In this document: positions 33,401 through 46,800 of the stretch, one piece after another
Position numbering within the stretch: the stretch's first letter is position 1
How the letters are laid out: the number at the start of each line of letters is the position of its first letter
Made by a program: the position numbers and the translations under genes
Notes under the pieces: model-generated
What the model was told of the DNA's origin: nothing
What the model saw: only the letters and a program-made list of their open reading frames with translations
Database searches by the model: none
Source: Macrostomum hystrix
Taxonomy: Eukaryota; Animalia; Platyhelminthes
Direction: 5' to 3'
Length of the DNA: 64,000 nucleotides
Assembly (NCBI GenBank): GCA_950097015.1
Contig: CATNEN010000025.1
Coordinates: 2,108,001 to 2,172,000 of the forward strand

Positions 33401-35510
33401 TTCTCGTCTTGCATGCCTTCAAATATCCGTATAATTCATTCTGATAGAAAACTTCCAACAATTTACGTTCTTAGCTTTCCCGATCAACCAGTGACCTCTT
33501 GCGTAATAAAGTTTGAACTCTGCTGCTCACTCGGAGTGTCACCTGAGTATTTTGACGTTCACTATAGTGCGAAAATGAAAAGTCATGTCATGAAAAACTC
33601 TGAAATTATAAGCCGGATAGTAAATCCTCATTTAAAAGAAACATTTGAAGTCTCCACTAAATCGTCATCGACTACCACACTATTAGAGGTAAACGACTGC
33701 TTTTCTCAATTGTTCCGCGAGTACAACGCAACCGACGATAAGATCCCTTCTTATGTGGCCAAGCTTACTCCATCCAGTGATTTAACTCGAAATGAATCTT
33801 CATCTGACACAGAGCCAATGACTGATGACAGTCTGTCCGATGTGGATGAGTTTGAAATTCGTAAAGACGATGTTAAGCAGATTCACCGAAGCATTAAAAA
33901 GCTCTCTGTTCTAAAACAGCACAAAAAGAATAAAATGCAAAGCTTAAGTCATCACTCGTTCTGTAATGACGAATCTACCACTAACGCAGATCTTCTCTGT
34001 CATGATTTAGCTGGTTCTCCGATTAGAGTTAGTGAAGATCAAGGCTCGGATATGTGTTCGGCTGCAGAGAGCGGAAGTCCACCATGTGACATGAGGCATT
34101 TGTTTATTTCCACCTCATTGTCTGAAACTCAAGCTATGCGTATAAAGAGTGAGCCTACAAGTCAAGATGACGAAAGGACTAACCAGATTGGTCAGTCAAG
34201 CTATCTAAGCAATCATGCATTAGATGTGCAAGGTGTAGGGTCTGAACCGGATTACTTCAGGCGTGAGTCTCCAGGCGTATTTCATGGTCAGATATCTCCG
34301 CCAACTAACACAACAGAGTCCGAATGCCTTGCCCAAAATATCGAAAAAGGAGGGTCTCCAGTTGATATTAATTTAGACCTTGACAAAGCTGCACCACGAA
34401 GTATGCTATCGACTTACACTCCGTTTTCTCGGCGAAAAGCTAATCCTTTATCTGGAGTACTCAAGAAATCTGTCAATTTATCAACTGACGATACAGCACC
34501 AACAAGATCAGTGTCTGTTTTAATCAAAGATTTCAGTGTGAGTACTGAACCTCGTTCTATCAGATTTGTAGCAATGAACTCTTCGCGTGGTTTGGATAGC
34601 AGTGCTAGGTTCGCGTCACGCGTAGCTAAATCTGCTTCTCTTTCCGCGTGTGAGTCCAGACCCGCGCCTGTATCAGAAGCAGCTAGGAAAAGCACGTCCG
34701 CTGGTATAAATGTTTCCGGATCTGATTTGGATTCTTCACCTTCGGTGTTTAAGGTCAACGTGCTACCAAGGCGCTGCGACTCTAATTCAACTTTGCAGTT
34801 TAAGAGAGATGCTAGTCGTTCTCTTTTCTCGTCTACAAAAGTTTTTCGAGATAGCAAAATTTTGCCTCCGTCCGCTATGGTTAGAATTCTTGAACCTGCG
34901 TTGAATAGTCGTCAAGTGCCGCAGTCTGCCGCTAAAGTTTTCGTTGCGTCGTCTGCTACTGAGAGCGCTGGCACTATGTCTTCTCTCTCTTCATCAACTA
35001 TCACGCCCGCCTCTTTGGTTAAATGCAGTGATGAAGTTCATTTAGTAAACGACCTCAAAGGGCCAGGTAAGCATTCTTTGAAAGCATAGATAGCTTACTA
35101 TTATTTAGATTAATTTTTGACTTGTACAGTAACAAATTATGCCGAGAAACTGCAAATGCGTTTCAAATGTCCTTAAATTTAACATAAAATATGAAATAGA
35201 TTTTAAACTGCTGAAATATTTATCCAAATCTCAGATTGCCAATGTTTCTAATTGATACAGCTATTTTGTATTGAACTGTAGTAATAAACCATTTTAACTC
35301 TTAATAGTTATATTTTGCTGTAACGTATAAAAGACTCCAGTAACTTCTGTCTATGTGCATGTAAATAACTAATATATTTCAGGTTCCCGTTTATTTATCA
35401 GAGGCCAATTTAGACCCGTTCGAGTTGTGGTATCGCCGTCGAAACCTGAATCGCACTCTGGCACAACCTTTCCGGACCCAGCTGCACCGCCTATTGAACC
35501 GTTGGGTTAA
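30467..35510 (+). CDS. Large ankyrin-repeat protein with a PUFD-like domain (BCOR/BCORL1-like); 5' exons not identified
   Basis: Exons 30467-30635, 31121-35066 and 35383-35510, GT-AG with phases 0 and 1, about 1414 codons. Three ANK repeats lie at about 33013-33395 (GRSSLHVA, DNDGLTPLFLACRNG, SGNTPLHEAV...LLVDFGAD), followed by STSEEISMFLANAL. A PUFD-like segment at about 33416-33717 (HSDRKLPTIYVL...LGVSPEYF...Y...M...EI...TLLEVNDCFSQLF) resembles the BCOR C-terminus as I recall it. Confidence 0.7.
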
Positions 35511-35550
35511 GCAAACTTAAAACCCTGTGCTTTATGTACCTTTATAAACA

Positions 35551-35556
35551 AATAAA
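35551..35556 (+). promoter_or_regulatory. Putative polyadenylation signal AATAAA of the ankyrin/PUFD-like gene
   Basis: The hexamer lies 40 nt after the predicted stop at 35510. Confidence 0.4.
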
Positions 35557-38309
35557 ACACTGTCTTTGCTGAAACTAAATGTTTCCCTTGTAGTAGTGGC
35601 TTCTCTGAAATCAGCTTAACTGAATTACTACTATAAAAAGTTTACGACTTTCACATGATTAGTCGTCAAACTTCACTGTTTAAGGTTTTTAGTCAACAAA
35701 TATGATTCGCTCTACAGCTAAAATATTTTTTACCTATTTAACTTAATTGAAGCCTTTCTTATGAAGTTAACTGTTTCATGTGTGATTTGATAAAAACAGT
35801 ACACATTACCCTCACCAATAAAAAGGGGTAGGTTACCCGTACATGAAAAGTATTTTGTGTCGAATATAATTGTAGAAAATTTTAGGGAACTCATACTTTT
35901 TCTTTCAAAACAACTCGAGCACTGAACAAACGCACTCTTGACATTTGATATTCAAACGTATTGCAACGCAATAGTTCAAACTACTATATATTAAGTTGTT
36001 GCACTACTTAGATTGAATAGGTATATCGGAAAGCACCAGATTTGCCACCGGTAGCATAGAAATCAAACTTGTTCTGGATCGATATGGCTTTGTATATTTT
36101 ATAACTGTTTTTGTCAGCTTCTGGCTGTTGATGCCACAAATTTATAAACGTTCTTTTGCTTTCGCGTTGCTTTCCGAGCACCTGCTCCCATTTTTTTGTA
36201 ATATTTCCTTCCGTTTCTTTGCGAAGGATAGTGTCCTCAGTTCAGATTGATTTTTTGTGTTTAAAAAGCCTTTGCAAACAAGGTGAACAGTACCCATATT
36301 CGATGTAACTTGTATCAAGAAAGGCTTAATCCGGCTAATATATCTATTATATGATGTCCCCTTCGCGACTAGCATAATGCTGGACGCTCACGCAACATCA
36401 TCTATGCAGTTACAAACAAAAAATTGGCGCTACTGTCTGGTGTTATACATGCTGTTTTCAACATGATTACTTTCTTGCATGCGCGAGTTCAGTAAGAACA
36501 GCATTAAACCTCCGTTTCATGTACAGCTTTCATAATAAGTAATGGGAGAAGTTTGCTCGTTCTTTCGCGCGAGGATTGTGTTCATTTACTCATATTTACC
36601 AATAACCGTCATTATGTGGGCCCTTTAAAGATAATTTGTCGTGTTTATTGCTTCCCTATATATAATATACTATTGCTCACACTAGCTATAATACTACGCC
36701 AAAATCAGTGTCTCTGTTACAAGCTTGCATTCAACTTCATAGATCTATCTATCTATCTTCACGCGTTCATTTCATTTCATCTTTGCTTTTTTCATATATA
36801 GATGCATCATGCATGATAATTTTAAAGTTGGGAAGCAAAGATCTTCTAATATACTATAAATGAAAATCTTGCTTGTAAGCTCCTAAAGTCGGGCAGTTTT
36901 GTTTAGCTTAATAAAATAATGACCAACTGGTGAAACAAAAAACTCAGTAAAACTTTTTTGCATACTCATTTAGTTTGCACTTCAGGACTCCTAACCAATT
37001 GGTATATATAATTTAGGGCTAAGTATTAACTGCAGCTCAGGACAGGGAGTTAAGGAGTTCTAATCGTGACCTAGGAAAACAATTGAAGATTTCTCTGAGA
37101 ACTAATGATAATTTAAAAGGCTGCACAGCTGCACCTTTTTTATGCTCCTTGGCCGGTACATGTGGCTTAACTTATTTTTTATATATACTATACGCTCTAT
37201 AAATCTTGATACAACAGTACGTGGTTGTTTAAGAAACTTTTATTAAACAGTTGAATAATTTTATTACAAATTCTGCCACAAAACAATGGCTGTCAATGTA
37301 AATTCAAGTAAATTATATTGTAATTGCCTTCGTTATTTTTTACGCAAGCTTGTGCAGTTTACATCACACAGTTTAAACGGCGTTTACTAATCATAACAAA
37401 ATATTTATATAATCTCGAAAATTGTTCGAAAAAACGACTGATCGTTTTAGCAAACTATTTAGATAAACATCCTAAGCGCTGAAGTGAAGATTTTTGTCAA
37501 TCAAAATAGTTTTTACATGTAAAATTAATGCTCTTTTGTATCGCTATTTAAATCAAATATTTAATCATTAGAAATCAATTTTATTTTTTAACTACATAAT
37601 TTGCAAATGTTCGTACTCGTATTCGGAGTAAAAATACCAGTTAATATGATCACAAATTTTACTTTGAGTTTTCCTACAATTTTCTATTTAACACTACTGT
37701 AATTTGTTTTGCAACTAGACAGCAGCACTTTGGTATGTTAGTATAAGTCTATAAGTTACTTAGTAAGTTAAGATACTAGCTGGTGCCTGGCTAGCTGCCA
37801 GTGTAATTTTCGCGAAAGTTACATGGTCAAAGTTTACGTGGCTATCTTATAGAATCCACACTATTTTGTGTTCACACTTTATATATTATATGAAACATCA
37901 CTCATTAGATTTGTTAGCTGTTTCACTAGCCTTTAAGTTTTTGGCTGAAGAAATATATGGCCAAGGGTACTAGAGCTTTTATTTTTTACTAAATTTAAAT
38001 TTCTTAAAGGTACAATAAGTAAAAAATGCCTACTCTTATTTATAGAGTAGATATGGCATTCTAAACTTACACTTTCAGCTCTATCTTTATAGTTGTATTG
38101 TATGTTACACAAGCTATCTACAAACTGTGACCACCTCAGCACTATGGAGTTAGATGGTCACCTCAGGAAATTTCTGCACTAATGCTTTATTTTGTGAGCT
38201 TTTCAATGAAATTGCACTTTTTTTCAGCCATAAATATGTTTTGGCCATTAATGCTTTGCTGAAATAAATTTTGTTGCAATCATCAACAGTTGCAATCAGT
38301 CCTATGCTG

Positions 38310-38510
38310 ATAGTATACTAAAGCCAAGCTAAAAGCCAAACCCAAGTTTGATTCTTGATTGCTATAGAAATAAAATATAGTATACTAAAGCCGAGCTAAA
38401 AGCTAAAGCCAAGTTTGATTCTTGATTGCTATAGAAATAAAATATAGTATACTAAAGCCGAGCTAAAAGCTAAAGCCAAGTTTGATTCTTGATTGCTATA
38501 GAAATAAAAG
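38310..38510 (+). repeat. 67-bp tandem repeat, about 3 copies
   Basis: aagtttgattcttgattgctatagaaataaaa occurs at 38344, 38411 and 38478. Confidence 0.9.
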
Positions 38511-40858
38511 AGCAATTGTGTAAATTCAAGACCAGTTCAATTCAATGCAACAAGCCGTATGCATAGCATAGGCTAAGCTCTAAAAGGCCAAAGAGGAGGA
38601 ACAAAAGGGGCAAAAGAATCTGGAAGCAGTTCAGGCAGAGTTGCAAAATATTGACAAGGCACATAGGAATGCTCATGAAATTCTTGTTGGCAAAATCTTT
38701 GGCAATAAAACATAGCTTTGAAAGCAAATTAGTTCTGGCAAGTCTGCTGATGATGACATGCCTTTCCAAGAAGCACAAGTTGCTAAATTACCCTAATGGA
38801 GCAAATTTAAAAAAGCTGCTAGGCGCTCAGGTGCGCAATTGGTTTTCAAGAAAAATAATGTAAATGCGCAATTGCTATATATCTTCAATATTGTATCTTA
38901 AGTGTAAATATCTCCAGTCTGACTCAATGTGGTGATTGATTTCACAAAAAATGTTGAAAGACCTTTTTTTGATCTCCATAGTGTATTTCAAAAAATAGAA
39001 CAGCTAAGCTTAGGCCTATGTCTTTTCGCACTCGGGCACTGCTAAGCATGTAGTCGTGTTTCAGAATTTAATGTGCGCCCCTCTATCAAAAAATTTCTGC
39101 CTGGCTAGAATCTCACCTACATGTACTTGTAAGTTTATTTTAATATATATATGTATATCTAAGTGCACAATAGCATGGATGTATGGCACAGGTGCACACT
39201 GTTATACCATGTGCATCTACATGAACATTTAAATGTAATTTATAATGTCTCATAATGTACATGTATTCAAATGCAAAAGGTGCGAGTACAGAGGCACTGG
39301 CATTCACTACTAGCATTGCATCTACATGTACTTGTACATGTAAATATATTACAAAATATAAATTTATAAAGAACACAAGACGTTAGTGTAGGGGCACAAG
39401 GGCGCACTGTTTGTTATACATCTACATACTTACGACAACTTTATGCACACAAGGCGCGGCCACACGGACAGAAATTTCTTTCTACGCAGTTGTGCAGACA
39501 ATTTTTCACAAGCGTGCTGGACACTGTCCGCGAAAACCCCTATTTGCTCCAATAGGGCTAAATTATTGCTTGCTTGACAAGTGTAATGAAGATTTGGGTT
39601 GGATATTAAACTGCATGTTTTCTTCTTTTTTTCTAACTATAGTGCTTTTAGAAAGTCGTGCCAAAAGTTTTTTTAAGTAAACAACTATTTTATTGCAAGC
39701 CAATTTAAAGTAGTACACTTTTTATGTTACACTAATTATTTTTTCTTTGGTTGTCACACTGGCTATCTAGAGCTCAGGACAAGAGTGACATTGTTTTAGC
39801 CACATAAAGTTATTATAATTAGATCATATCACATATGTTTCACAGTTTTATGATTTATGCCATTATTGCTAACTCATTGTGTAATTCACAACTTATTGGG
39901 TGTAAAAAATTAGAATGCATTGTATTGTACATGCCAAGGTATATACCAATCCCCTGAAAATTGAAATTAACATTGTTTTATGCTATGCACTCTAGACTAA
40001 GGGCAAAGGCAAAAGCATGCTATAATTTTCTAGCATGTATTAATATGATCCAACCAATGGTCTATGTTCTCTCTGTTTCATTCAGAATACAAGGAGGAAA
40101 TGACTGCTATGTTGGAGTTGCATGTAACCATGTTGAGAGTAGGTGGGTGCTTTTTGAAATCCAAGGCTTTTTTGTCAATTGAAAAATGGATTTTCTAGGA
40201 CATGCATATGGTGTGCTTTTTATTTCAGGTTGAGGTGGCTTAGGGTTTAGTTTTCTGGGTGAAATAACTTACAGACATCTTGTAGTTGTAGTGTTACATT
40301 CATGGCTTGTTACACTATTATGCCAAAATATGTCAATTCTTGTATCTAAGCAGTTTATGCAAAATTCCAATAAGGACTTTAAGAATATGGAACTTTTAGT
40401 CAAGTCCAAGGTTTATTTTTTCACATTTTACTGGCTATGCTATGTAAGTCGTATGAAAAATGAAAGAAATGAAGATTTCAAGTCTTAATATTTGCTCAAA
40501 TTTGTTAAAAATATATTTAACTTCTAGTTAATCAGCATGTTATATAAATATAAATGTGACAAAAGGACAGAAAAAAAATTATTAAGTTTACTATTACCTG
40601 ATAGCAAGATTTTTTTTAGAATTCCATTTTCTAGATTTCGAATTTCAAATTTTCCCCAACTATATTATTGTGATTTGTTTGTCCAGCTGAAGTTTAGAAT
40701 TACATTTTTTCAACTGTATTCACTACCTTTTGGCATTCCATTTCTGTTAAAAAAATTCAGTTCTGCTAATTAAAAAGGGCCTGCGAGAAAGAAGAAGACT
40801 CAATTGCAGAAGCAGCAACAACAACAGCAGCACATCTGGCCCCCATTCAATTAGCCAA

Positions 40859-43800
40859 ATGAGCAGCAGTGCTCAGCGCCAGTTATCGGCCAGCCGGAAT
40901 CACCCCGGCTCAAGCAGCGCCGCCGCCCATGGCCACGGCCCGGGTTCAGTGCCGGCATCCACTCGCGGCGGCGGCACTGCTTCGTCGGAGTCGTCGTCCA
41001 CCTTTCTAATGGTTGGGCCGAATTTTAAAGTTGGTAAAAAGATTGGCTGCGGTAACTTTGGCGAGCTGCGTCTAGGAAAGAATCTTTACAACAATGAGCA
41101 CGTGGCGGTTAAACTCGAGCCGTTAAAGTCTCGTGCTCCACAACTGCATCTGGAGTACAGATTCTATAAGGAGCTTGGCAACAGCGAGGGCGTGCCCCAG
41201 GTGTTCTACTTTGGCCCGACTTTAAAGTACAACGCCCTAGTTATGGAGCTGCTTGGCCCGTCATTGGAGGACCTGTTCGACATCTGCGATAGGCACTTTA
41301 GCCTTAAGACTGTGCTTATGATTGCAATTCAACTAGTGAGTTTTCTTAGAGTAGTCTTTCAATTCACCCTCATCCTGCTCTTTTAACTCCTTCGGAATTT
41401 GTCCTTCAATTCACCTTTATCATAGTCCTTCAATTCACCTTTATCATTGTCCTTCAATTCACCTTTATCATTGTCCTTCAATTCACCTTTATCATTGTCC
41501 TTCAATTCACCTTTATCATTGTCCTTCAATTCACCTTTATCATTGTCCTTCAATTCACCTTTATCATGGTCCTTCCATTCACCTTTATCATGGTCCTTCA
41601 ATTCACCTTTATCATGGTCCTTCAATTCACCTTTATCATGGTCCTTCAATTCACCTCCAGTTTGGTCCGTCAGCTTGCATATTTTCCTGGTCTTTCAATG
41701 TTCCCTAATTATTGTCCTTTGATTCACCTCCCATCCGCAGATCTCGCGAATAGAATTTGTGCACAGCAAGCACCTAATCTATCGTGACATCAAGCCGGAG
41801 AATTTTCTAATTGGTCGCCAAACTACACGCAAGCAGCACCTGATTCACATTATCGATTTCGGACTAGCCAAGGAGTACATCGATCGAGAGACTAACAAGC
41901 ACATCATGTACAGGGAGCACAAGAGCCTGACTGGCACCGCCAGATACATGAGCATAAATACGCATTTAGGCAGAGGTAAGCAAGTTAAAAAAATAATTTT
42001 TTAAAGCCAACAAGCTTTCTCCTTGCCTCTGGGCAAAATGAATTCCAATTCGAACTCAGGACCGACTTTTCTGTGAGATTCCGACCCTTAGCCAGCTAGG
42101 AGGCAATTCTGCCCATGCCTCAACCCCTGAGCACACGGGTGTGTAAATCTGCCCATGCCTCAACCCCTGAGCACACGGGTGTGTAAATCTGCCCATGCCT
42201 CAACCCCTGAGCACACGGGTGTGTAAATCTGCCCATGCCTCAACCCCTGAGCACACGGGTGTGTAAATCTGCCCTTACGTCAGGCAGTGTACACTCTCAC
42301 TGTGCCTTGTGGGCGTAAGTTGTGCGAGTCGCGCCTAGCCTTCTCTATATTGTAACCTGTTAAATTTCGCAGAGCAATCCCGTAGAGATGATCTGGAAGC
42401 ACTGGGTCACATGTTCATGTATTTCCTGCGCGGCAGCCTGCCATGGCAGGGCCTAAAGGCCGACAATCTGAAGGAGCGCTACCAGAAGATTGGCGACACT
42501 AAACGGGCCACGCCCATCGAGGTGCTGTGCGAAGGATTTCCCGGTAAGCGGAGTTTGCTGATTTAGCGGCCTGTTTAAATTGGCGCGATTTCTAAGAAAC
42601 AAGTCTATGCCGTTTAACTAGTTGGATAATATCGTGTTACTTATGTTGTAACAATGCTCTGTGCATTCTTCCATGCCCCATCAATATTATCCCACCAACA
42701 GAGGAGATGGCCGAGTATCTGCGTCACGTGCGTCGACTAGATTTCTACGAAACGCCAGATTACAATTACCTGCGCGAGTTGTTCACCGGTTTGATGACGC
42801 GCAACAATTGGAGCTGCGACTGGGACTTTGACTGGGTTTCCAGGCAGGATCAGACTGTGAGGATGAGAATCCCTGGGACAGTTATCCCAGTTCTGGATGG
42901 GAATGGAACCGTTATCCTAGTTCAGAAAGGGAATGGGACAGTTATCCCAGTTCAGAAAGGGAATGGGACAGTTATCCCAGTTCAGGATGGGAATGGGACC
43001 GTTATCCCAGTTCAGGATGGGAATGGGACAGTTATCCCAGTTCAGGATGGGAATGGGACAGTTATCCCAGTTCAGGGTGGGAATGGGACAGTTATCCCAG
43101 TTCAGGATGGGAATGGGACCGTTATCCCAGTTCAGGGTGGGAATGGGACCGTTATCCCAGTTCAGGGTGGGAATGGGACAGTTATCCCAGTTCAGGATGG
43201 GAATGGGACAGGAATCTGTGTTCAGTAGTAGTGAAATCGATTTTGGGTAGTTTTGATAAATTTATAAAATGTAGATTAGATTAAAATTCGCAAATGTAAA
43301 AACTCCTTCCCCATTGGACTTGCAGGGCACGCCGGTGAGTGGCGGGCCTGAAATCACAGCTGGCGATCGCCGACACGGCCAGCAACAGCAGCAGCAGCAC
43401 CTGTCTACTCAAAAGGTGAGATACTTACTTTTTCTGAGGTTCATATAATCTTTTTCCGAAAGACCTGTCTCTTAAGTCTAATTAGCTTAGAATTTATTTT
43501 TCTTGCCGGAATTGGGATTGCTCGTTTGTTATTAGATTTGCGTAAACTCTGGGATGCTTATGTTTTAACCAGTAAATTGCTTTGAATAAGTTTTGAATTC
43601 AGTACTAACACTATTTGTTTACGATACTTGCCGAAACACAATGTCCTATTTTTTTAAGGTATTTTCAAACAAAAATAATTATTGGAGGTTTGATCAAATA
43701 TATCTTGAAATTACAGGCGGGTATTTTAAGACAGAAAAAATCTTTATGTTATTATAGTTTTAAAAAATCTTAAATATCCCAAAATTATGGAGGCTTGATG

Positions 43801-46800
43801 AATATCCCAAAATCATGGAGGCTTGATGAATCAGAAATATCCTAAAATCATGGAGGCTTGATGAATAAAAAATATCCCAAAATCATGGAGGCTTCATGAA
43901 TCATAAATATCCTAAAATCATGGAGGCTTTATGAATCAGAAACGTCCCAAAATCATGGAGGCTTGATGACTCAGAAATATCCCAAAATCATGGAGGCTTT
44001 ATGAATCTGAAATATCCCAAAATCATGGAGGCTTGATGAATCAGAATTATCCCAAAATCATGGAGGCTTCATGAATCAGAAATATCCTAAAATCATGGAG
44101 GCTTTATGAATCAGAAACGTCCCAAAATCATGGAGGCTTGATGACTCAGAAATATCCCAAAATCATGAAGGCTTTATGAATCTGAAATATCCCAAAATCA
44201 TGGAGGCTTGATGAATCAGAATTATCCCAAAATCATGGAGGCTTGATGAATATGAAATATCCCAAAATCATGGAGGCTTTATGAATCTGAAATATCCCAA
44301 AATCATGGAGGCTTGATGAATCAGAATTATCCCAAAATCATGGAGGCTTGATGAATATGAAATATCCCAAAATCATGGAGGCTTGATGACTCAGAAATAT
44401 CCTAAAATCATGGAGGCTTGATGACTCAGAAATATCCCAAAATCATGAAGGCTTTATGAATCTGAAATATCCCAAAATCATGGAGGCTTGATGAATCAGA
44501 ATTATCCCAAAATCATGGAGGCTTGATGAATATGAAATATCCCAAAATCATGGAGGCTTTATGAATCTGAAATATCCCAAAATCATGGAGGCTTGATGAA
44601 TCAGAATTATCCCAAAATCATGGAGGCTTGATGAATATGAAATATCCCAAAATCATGGAGGCTTGATGACTCAGAAATATCCTAAAATCATGGAGGCTTG
44701 ATGACTCAGAAATATCCTAAAATCATGGAGGCTTGATGAATATGAAATATCCCAAAATCATGGAGGCTTGATAAATCAGAAATATCCCAAAATCATGGAG
44801 GCTTGATAAATCAAAAATATCCTAAAATCATGAAGGCTTGATGACTCAGAAATATCCCAAAATCATGGAGGCTTGATGAATATGAAATATCCCAAAATCA
44901 TGGAGGCTTGATAAATCAGAAATATCCTAAAATCATGGAGGCTTGATGAATCAGAAATATCCTAAAATCATGGAGGCTTGATGAATCAGAAATATCCCAA
45001 AATCATGGAGGCTTGATGAATATGAAATATCCTAAAATCATGGAGACTTGATAAATCAGAAATATCCTAAAATCATGGAGGCTTGATAAATCAGAAATAT
45101 CCTAAAATCATGGAGGCTTGATGAATCAGAAATATCCCAAAATCATGGAGGCTTGATAAATCAGAAATATCCTAAAATCATGGAGGCTTGATGAATCAGA
45201 AATATCCCAAAATCATGGAGGCTTCATGAATCAGAAATATCCTAAAATCATGGAGGCTTTATGAACCAGAAATATCCCAAAATCATGGAGGCTTGATGAA
45301 TCAGAAATATCCCAAAATCATGGAGGCTTCATGAATCAGAAATATCCTAAAATCATGGAGGCTTTATGAACCAGAAATATCCCAAAATCATGGAGGCTTT
45401 ATGAATCAGAAATATCCCAAAATCATGGAGGCTTCATGAATCAGAAATATCCTAAAATCATGGAGGCTTTATGAACCTGAAGTATCCCAAAATCATGGAG
45501 GCTTGATGAATCAGAAATATCCCAAAATCATGGAGGCTTCATGAATCAGAAATATCCTAAAATCATGGAGGCTTTATGAACCAGAAATATCCCAAAATCA
45601 TGGAGGCTTGATGAATCAGAAATATCCCAAAATCATGGAGGCTTCATGAATCAGAAATATCCCAAAATCATGGAGGCTTGATGAATCAGAAATATCCTAA
45701 AATCATGGAGGCTTTATGAATCAGAAATATCCCAAAATCATGGAGGCTTGATGAATCAGAAATATCCTAAAATTATGGAGGCTTGATGAATCAGAAATAT
45801 CCCAAAATCATGGAGGCTTGATGAATCAGAAATATCCCAAAATCATGGAGGCTTGATGAATCAGAAATATCCTAAAATCATGGAGGCTTGATGTATCAGA
45901 AATATCCCAAAATTATGGAGGCTTGATGAATCTGAAATTTCCCAAAATCATGGAGGCTTTATGAATCAGAAATATCCCAAAATCATGGAGGCTTCATGAA
46001 TCAGAAATATCCCAAAGTCATGGAGGCTTTATGAATCAGAAATATCCCAAAATCATGGAGGCTTGATGAATCAGAAATATCCTAAAATCATGGAGGCTTG
46101 ATGTATCAGAAATATCCCAAAATTATGGAGGCTTGATGAATCAGAAATTTCCCAAAATCATGGAGGCTTTATGAATCAGAAATATCCCAAAATCATGGAG
46201 GCTTCATGAATCAGAAATATCCCAAAGTCATGGAGGCTTTATGAATCAGAAATATCCCAAAATCATGGAGGCTTGATGAATCAGAAATATCCCAAAATCA
46301 TGGAGGCTTGATGAATCAAAAATATCCCAAAATCATGGAGGCTTGATAAATCAGAAATATCCCAAAATCATGGAGGCTTGATGAATCAAAAATATCCTAA
46401 AATCATGGAGGCTTTATGAATCAGAAATATCCCAAAATCATGGAGGCTTCATGAATCAGAAATATCCCAAAGTCATGGAGGCTTTATGAATCAGAAATAT
46501 CCCAAAATCATGGAGGCTTGATGAATCAGAAATATCCCAAAATCATGGAGGCTTGATGAATCAAAAATATCCCAAAATCATGGAGGCTTGATAAATCAGA
46601 AATATCCCAAAATCATGGAGGCTTGATGAATCAAAAATATCCTAAAATCATGGAGGCTTGATAAATCAGAAATATCCCAAAATCATGGAGGCTTGATGAA
46701 TCAAAAATATCCTAAAATCATGGAGGCTTGATAAATCAGAAATATCCCAAAATCATGGAGGCTTGATGAATCAAAAATATCCTAAAATCATGGAGGCTTT

